Positions 57,711 through 64,000 of a stretch of DNA of 64,000 bases are shown one piece after another. Every line of letters starts with the position of its first letter. Position 1 is the first letter of the stretch. The DNA lies in NCBI GenBank assembly GCA_002269645.1, contig NIVC01000390.1:248001-312000 (forward strand), read 5' to 3'. The stretch is from Macrostomum lignano (lineage: Eukaryota). Both the position numbers and the translations under genes were made by a program. Under the pieces are notes generated by a model. That model was not told the origin of the DNA. It searched no databases and saw only the letters and a list, made by a program, of their open reading frames with translations.

Positions 57711-60700
57711 GTTACTGTGTTGTATTTAATGTAGAAAGTTTCATTTTCATATGGTTTTCTTTTCATTTCATAAGCCCAGCCGAATTTTTTTAAATGCTCA
57801 AAAGTGAAATATCTGTTCTGTTTCTTCTTGAATAAAGTATATTTGTTTTAAAAAACCTGCATACAGGCTCTCCTAAGCCACTATTGTCAGAATAGTTTCA
57901 TTTAAATGCATATTAGTAGCTAATCCTAGACCTTTTTAAATAATTAAATGTAGACAATGCTTGTCAATATCATTTTTTAAGCTTAGGCCTAGCTTAAAGC
58001 CAATCTAAGAGTACCTGAATGCACCAATTTTATTACAAAGATACTTGTGCCGACTCCATGGATCGAATTCGATATGCGGCATGAATTTTGGATGCACATT
58101 TTTCTTGTCAAGCATTCGGCATAAATTATTGAGAAAAGCGTTCTTAGACACAGGTGAGTAGCAAAGCTGGTGTCTTCATTTTAAATAAATGGAGATTAAA
58201 AATAAAGACTCGAAACTACCTCGGGAGCCGTGATTTTGGCTTCCGCATTTTGCAGAAGCAGCGCCACGTACTTCAGACCTCATCTACCGCCAAGTGTGCT
58301 TGGACCACAAGGAGGAGGAAAAAGAGTGGGCGGCCTTATAAATGTCCGACCGGAGGTGGAGGCGCCCTGCCGGCCGCTCTCGACGGCTGCTGAAGAGCCT
58401 CGACGAAGCATTCAGTGCCGCTAATAGAAGGATGAGAGAGAGAGACAAGAGACCGGGCGGAAAAAGGGGGGAGATGGGCGGAGGAGGAGGCAAGCAGAGG
58501 AGCCAGAGAAGAGAGTGAGCGAGGCGTGTGTCCTCATCCAATTAACTGGCTCCACCCCGGATAGATAGGGAGAAAAGCTTGACGCAGGCTGGAGAGGGCG
58601 GCATAGTTGAAGATAGGAAGGAAGCTGCAGACTCCCATTTCTCACCATCTTCTCAAGCGCCCCCTCGCTCGCTTCGCTTCAGGGGGAAAAAACGGACGCA
58701 GGAAGCCCGCTTGATTCGCCGACCCCCGCGCCTTTTCATTCTATGCCCCGACTTGCTTTGGGTTCGAGATTCCACGGGGTGGTTGGCGTCGGAGCCGAGG
58801 ATCAGGGGGGCATACTGGCACTGGGAGCAGACAGTGCTTGAGTCCTATATAGAAGCAAAGTAGTTGCTCCGCAGCTCTCCCTCCCAGTCTAGTACTCCTG
58901 CTGGTCTGCCCTATAAGTTGTTCGTGTGCGATAAAAAATTGCGTTTGTTAAACCCCGCCCTGCCTCCCGGCCACTTTGCAGGGCTGTGATTCCCCACTAG
59001 ACCCAGCGGCACACTAATCCTATTCGTTGAGAGCCGGCGAGTTCCTCTCCTATGCTCTTGCATTAATTTTCCATTGGGGGAAGGCCAGTTTCCCGCTGAC
59101 TTTTTCGCACCGTACTCTCTTCTCAAGCGGCCTCTCCTTCCTTGAAAACTTCCGCCCTTGTGTTAGAGGAAGTTTGTTCAAAGGGTTCTCAGAGAACGCT
59201 TCCGGTACTTAAATTAACCGAGCAACTGACTGAGCAGAGGAAAATTATTCTAGTTATCATTCGCATCACCCTTTGAGGCTATGGGGTCTTCGTTAGCGTA
59301 ATCTCTTCTTTAAAATCTTCCGGCTATACTGACTTGACTGTCCTTTTAGCTGAACGCTTGGAGGCAGTCGATTCTGGAGTTTCTTGCTGAAGAAACCGGG
59401 TGGAGCACCCGATTCAAATGCTAATATATTTCTTCCTACTTGCAGAAAGTGCTTCAAAAAGGCGTAAAAAGTTTTTATGAGGCTGTCAGCTCGACTCGCT
59501 ATCCAGTCAACGAACTTCGAACTATGTAGCCAAGTCAGGTCAAGTCAAAGCATTCAAGCGCAAAAAGACGAGGACAAGAGCAAGCTGAAAATTCTTCTTT
59601 CGGGCAAACGGTTTTGTGCTCGATTTGCACTCATCAGATCGATGGCCGGAGCGGCTGTAGACACTTACCGCGGGTGGCCAGGCGGGGTGAACAGCTTCTT
59701 GGGATTTCAGGACTGCCTGGTCGACTCTAGCAAATCAAGGTTCTTCTCCCACCCGGTTTTTTTCAAGTGTCATTGCGCCCCACTTCGATACAAGAATACA
59801 AGTTAGCGGTTGACTAAGACGTAATTTCAGGTAACTTTTCCGCACTTATGGAAGATTTCCTCGATGCGGCTGAGTCTAGCAAGTGCTGGGCAACAGACCG
59901 TTAAAAAGCGTTAAAGATTTTTTTAGTAACGTTAACAGACTTGAGTTGAGACATTTTTGATTAACTTATTAACAAATTCGCATTAGAAATTTTTACTGTT
60001 AATGATATGTTTAGCGCTATTGAGCACACGGACACACGGGTGTGCTACAGCAGCCCTGAATTTGACATCGGCCTAAAAATTAATATAAAAGTTATAAATA
60101 TTCCACAAACATTGAGTACTGCAAGTGTTATGAAAGTCCGTAAATAAATAACTCTTAGAAAAGCAGTCAAATAACAATGAAGGACACGGCAGTATCTCTT
60201 TAGTCCTAAAATTGACGTCTGCATTGATTTACCATTAAGAGTTTTTTATGTTTACGAAACTTTTGTTTAAAAGTTCTTGCCATCAACAAATATTTCCTTA
60301 AGGATGCCTAATAGTGAGCCTAACTTAAACTCTCCAGCCTAGCCTAGGAAATAATTATATTTCAATATGGCGACTGTAAGTTTGCAGCGATTCAATCTTT
60401 TTTGGACTGAAATTTCGGCCATCTAATGAAGGTAAGCAGCACAGCTCCTGCTAGCGGATGCTGCCGAACAATCTCACTTTCCTATCTAAATGGAATAATA
60501 ATAAATGGATTTTTGTGAATCAAGAGAGAGCGATGTTTGGGACGACTCATAGTTGTCTGCTCAACCTGACTTTTCGCCCAGATTTATCCTGATTTGCTGT
60601 TCTATTAGCTAGCTATTTTTCAACCAGCTCGAGGCGATTGTCGATAAAAAGTGCAAGGGCTTTGGAATAGGTGGGCTTGAAAATAGAGCTGCTCTGTACT

Positions 60701-60887
60701 TTTCTGGGCTTTGTCGCAAAAATGATAGCGAGAACACTACTAATTGAGCTCTATTCCCGTTCCTGAAAATTATCGGATTAGCGTTAAGCTCCGATGCTCT
60801 CTTCCTTCTAAGGAATTCTAGCAAAAGCACTTGAAACACTTTTTCTGGGATTAGAGTTGATTGGGTGTGCCTTGGAAAAATGAGGAG

Positions 60888-61400
60888 CGGGGTGGGTGCT
60901 GAGAGAGACAGGGAGTGGGGTGGGTGCTGAGAGAGACAGGGAGTGGGGTGGGTGCTGAGAGAGACAGGGAGTGGGTGGGTGCTGAGAGAGACAGGGAGTG
61001 GGGTGGGTGCTGAGAGAGACAGGGAGTGGGTGGGTGCTGAGAGAGACAGGGAGTGGGGTGGGTGCTGAGAGAGACAGGGAGTGGGGTGGGTGCTGAGAGA
61101 GACAGGGAGTGGGGTGGGTCCTGAGAGAGACAGGGAGTGGGGTGGGTGCTGAGAGAGATAGGGAGTGGGGTGGGTGCTGAGAGAGACAGGGAGTGGGGGT
61201 GGGTGCTGAGAGAGACAGGGAGTGAAGTGGGTGCTGAGAGAGACGGGAAGAGTGGTGGGTGCTGAGAGAGACAGGGAGTGGGGTGGGTGCTGAGAGAGAC
61301 AGGGAGAGTGGTGGGTGCTGAGAGAGACAGGGAGAGTGGTGGGTGCTGAGAGAGACAGGGAATGGGGGTGGGTGCTGAGATAGACGGGGAGTGGGGTGAG
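60888..61400. repeat. 28-bp minisatellite (GGGGTGGGTGCTGAGAGAGACAGGGAGT)n
   Basis: About 18 units; G-run rich. Confidence 0.95.
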
Positions 61401-63221
61401 GTAAGTGTTGAGAGAGATGAGAAGTGGGACGAATGCTGAGAGAGTCATCTTGTTATGGCCTCTCGAATTTCAGTGTTCCAGCCTAGTTATCATTGGTACG
61501 TATCTTTCTCGCAAGAAATAGTAAAAATCAACACCAAAATTAATGCATGCTTGAAATACATTCCTGTAAGCCCATAAATCCACATAGATTTTTGGGCTTT
61601 GATTTGACCGCCTGGTAACAATAAAAAGCCAGGATTTTACCTAATAAGGTAGATTTTTACTGAAGTCAGTGTTCTAATGGCTAAAAAATCTTCATCTTTC
61701 TGGAGTGGCACGATGGACTCCCCCCCCCCCCAATTAACGCTAGTCCTGCGGGGACAACAAAATTAAGGAAATACGCGGTAGTTACTAAAAGATGAGCTGA
61801 CGAGCTTATCAGATTTTTGCTTCATCCAAAAAAGTGAAAACTCGGCTTTTGCCCTCTTCTCTACAGTTTTAGCTCGTCCTGGCTTCCAGGGTGGGATAGA
61901 GGTACAAAGCTCGGATCGCCATCCGTTCGCCTTTGCCGCAGCTAATTATCCAACAAAATAAAACGCCTTCAATACCCGAGCCACGGCCTCTACTATCGCC
62001 AACGCCCTGAGGGAAAATGTGTTTTTTCTCTTTATAGGCCTGGGGTGAAAATATTTCCTGTCATCCGCGCGAGATTGAGATATAATCGGCTTTCGAAGCA
62101 GCCTTTGCAGCCTTCCGCTGACCTCCGCTAATCTTCCTCACAGTGACAGGCGCGGACACAGCAGAAGTGACTGCTGTGTGAGATGCCAGTGTTGATGAAG
62201 CTCCCGGATAAACATACGTCGCAGCCTTCTCAAAGCGTTGATCTATTTTTTTAGCTCAGATAAAAACTTCGCTGTTGCACGACTTGTTGAGTCTCCCACT
62301 GACCGGAGACTCAACTTTCGATGCAAGGCTTCCAGAAACTCGCCAAGTTAAACAAATATTAGGCATCCCGAGCAAAACAAACTGTGGTTATAAAGAGCAG
62401 TGTAAATAAGCAAGTACTACTCATTTTACGCCCAGTGAGTTGTGAAAAAATACATAGCACGGAAGCAAAAAATTCTATTTTCTGCTGTTCAACCCCGATG
62501 AGGGGCTTAGAGCTAGTCCACTACACTAAACCTATCCTCAAGCCTAATTCCTATTCCTATCCTCACTTACCCCGAACCCGCGCGCTAAAAACGGTAGAGT
62601 GCGCTTACTCCATGCGAAAAAGCCGATGTTTACGTATTTTTGGAGCGATTGTTTCTAGAGAAAAACCCCGTTGAGTGTTCAACCTCAAGAGTACTCTGAA
62701 TGCTTTAGTAACTTAGAAAAGCAGAAAAATAGAGAGCACAGTGAGCTGAAGCGACTGTGAGTCTGGGCCTTCGTCATGTTGGCTAGGCTTGTATTAAAGA
62801 CGCTTTGATAAGCTCGCCTTCAGGCAACCGTCGCTGTATATTTACAGTACAGCTCAACGAAGTAGCAGTGCAAGACGCCACTTCAAGCTTCGCTTAAATG
62901 AGAGGAAAGACTAGGATAGGCAGATCCCTACTCGCTGCTCATGGAGTTCTAGCGACATTGATTTCGGATAGCTCTTATTGTATACCGCGTTCCATCGCGT
63001 CCTATCTTCTCGTTTTAGGGAATTCGAGACAGAGAAATTAGAGGGTATGAAAACAACAAAGGATGGTTATGGCTACCTATCCACTGTTAACCAGACTCTA
63101 GCACTCAAGAAAAAGCTTTTTTTAGCCATGCATTTGTATCGGGCTAGGTCTTTGTCAGACTAATTTAAACTAGCGTCAGACTGGCTACAGTCTGCGTCAG
63201 TTTGTCTGTCTCCTTGGTTAG

Positions 63222-63365
63222 GCTAGCTACAATTTATGTCAGACTAGCTACAATTTATGTCAGACTAGCTACAATTTATGTCAGACTAGCTACAATTTGT
63301 GTCAGACTAGCTACAATTTGTGTCAGACTAGCTACAATTTGTGTCAGACTAGCTACAATTTGTGT
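63222..63365. repeat. 21-bp minisatellite (GTCAGACTAGCTACAATTTAT)n
   Basis: About 7 units, next to the GPCR donor. Confidence 0.92.
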
Positions 63366-63427
63366 CATACTTTATATTCGACTTTCTCTTATGTTGTCAA
63401 AGTCCGGTAAAAATCATTTGAACTAAC

Positions 63428-64000
63428 CGGATTCGGTGCGTTGTGAGCCGACGGCAGCCGGGTGAGTCGCCCAGCCGCTGACGCGGCCGCTCGCTTTTTG
63501 AGCCGACGTCGGAGAGCAAAAAAGATGCTGATGTACAGCGACACGATGATAACAGCGGGGATATAGAAGCTGCCAAGAGCGCTGAACACAATGTAGCCTT
63601 TGTCGTTGGGAAGCTGGCAGCGATCGACAGAGTCGGTGCCGTTAGGAACACTTGAGCCTCTGGCTGAGCCCCAGCTCAGCACGGGCCCGACGCTGATGGC
63701 GCCGCTGAGGCCGAAGACGGCGGCAATCATAATCAGCACGGTGGTCATCGTCCGCTTGCTGGCGTACAGAATCGGATACTTGATGGCGCAGTAGCGATCC
63801 ACAGCGATGGCCGCGAGGTTCAAGATGCTGGCCGTGCAGAAGAAAATGTCTGAAGTGGTGAACACGGTGCACACAATGTCCGGCAGTAGCCAGACGTCGT
63901 TGGTCAGGTAGACTTTGACCTGCAGCGGCAGCACCAGGAGGCCAACCGCCATGTCGGCGCAAGCCAAGCTAACGATGAGAAAGTTCTGCGCCTGCCGGAG
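63428..64000 (-). CDS. Exon encoding TM2-TM5 of the same biogenic amine GPCR; gene continues beyond the right edge of the window
   Basis: NFLIVSLACADMAVG (TM2), SDIFFCTASILNLAAIAVDRY (D3.32 and DRY), GYIVFSALGSFYIP (TM5 serines); donor CCG|GTTAGT at 63427. Confidence 0.9.

Noticed and set aside
58200-58650. Possible extra ICL3 exon of the amine receptor
   Set aside because: No convincing acceptor-donor pair; the flanking exons already join in phase 0.
62050-62400. Frameshifted coding-like stretch on the minus strand, and an 11-bp perfect hairpin at 62286-62315
   Set aside because: No family could be assigned; one such hairpin is not far from chance in 64 kb and is too short for a pre-miRNA.

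Overview
Intron-rich eukaryotic (animal) DNA, not prokaryotic. GC-rich exons, AT-rich introns full of minisatellites and the gene set suggest a free-living flatworm such as Macrostomum; this is inference only. By hand-splicing exons with GT-AG sites and consistent phases I reconstructed nine genes: a C2-domain protein (partial), a RhoGAP-fold protein lacking the arginine finger, a 1021-aa DSTYK-like protein with an intact dynamin-type GTPase and a dead kinase, a Trp-heptad coiled-coil protein, a 1192-aa single-pass receptor with two tandem class-C-GPCR Venus flytrap domains, a BMPER/Crossveinless-2 orthologue lacking the GDPH autocleavage site, a DEG/ENaC channel, an ABHD14-family hydrolase and a tyramine/octopamine-type GPCR (partial). 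Mobile DNA comprises a full-length LOA/R1-type LINE inserted inside a CORE-SINE with a 10-bp TSD, a second abundant tRNA-derived SINE family, a MITE nested in one of those SINEs and about 14 tandem arrays, one born inside a SINE. The 8-mer TACGAGTA is strongly over-represented in non-coding DNA. All family assignments are from motif recognition by eye; no database search was run.
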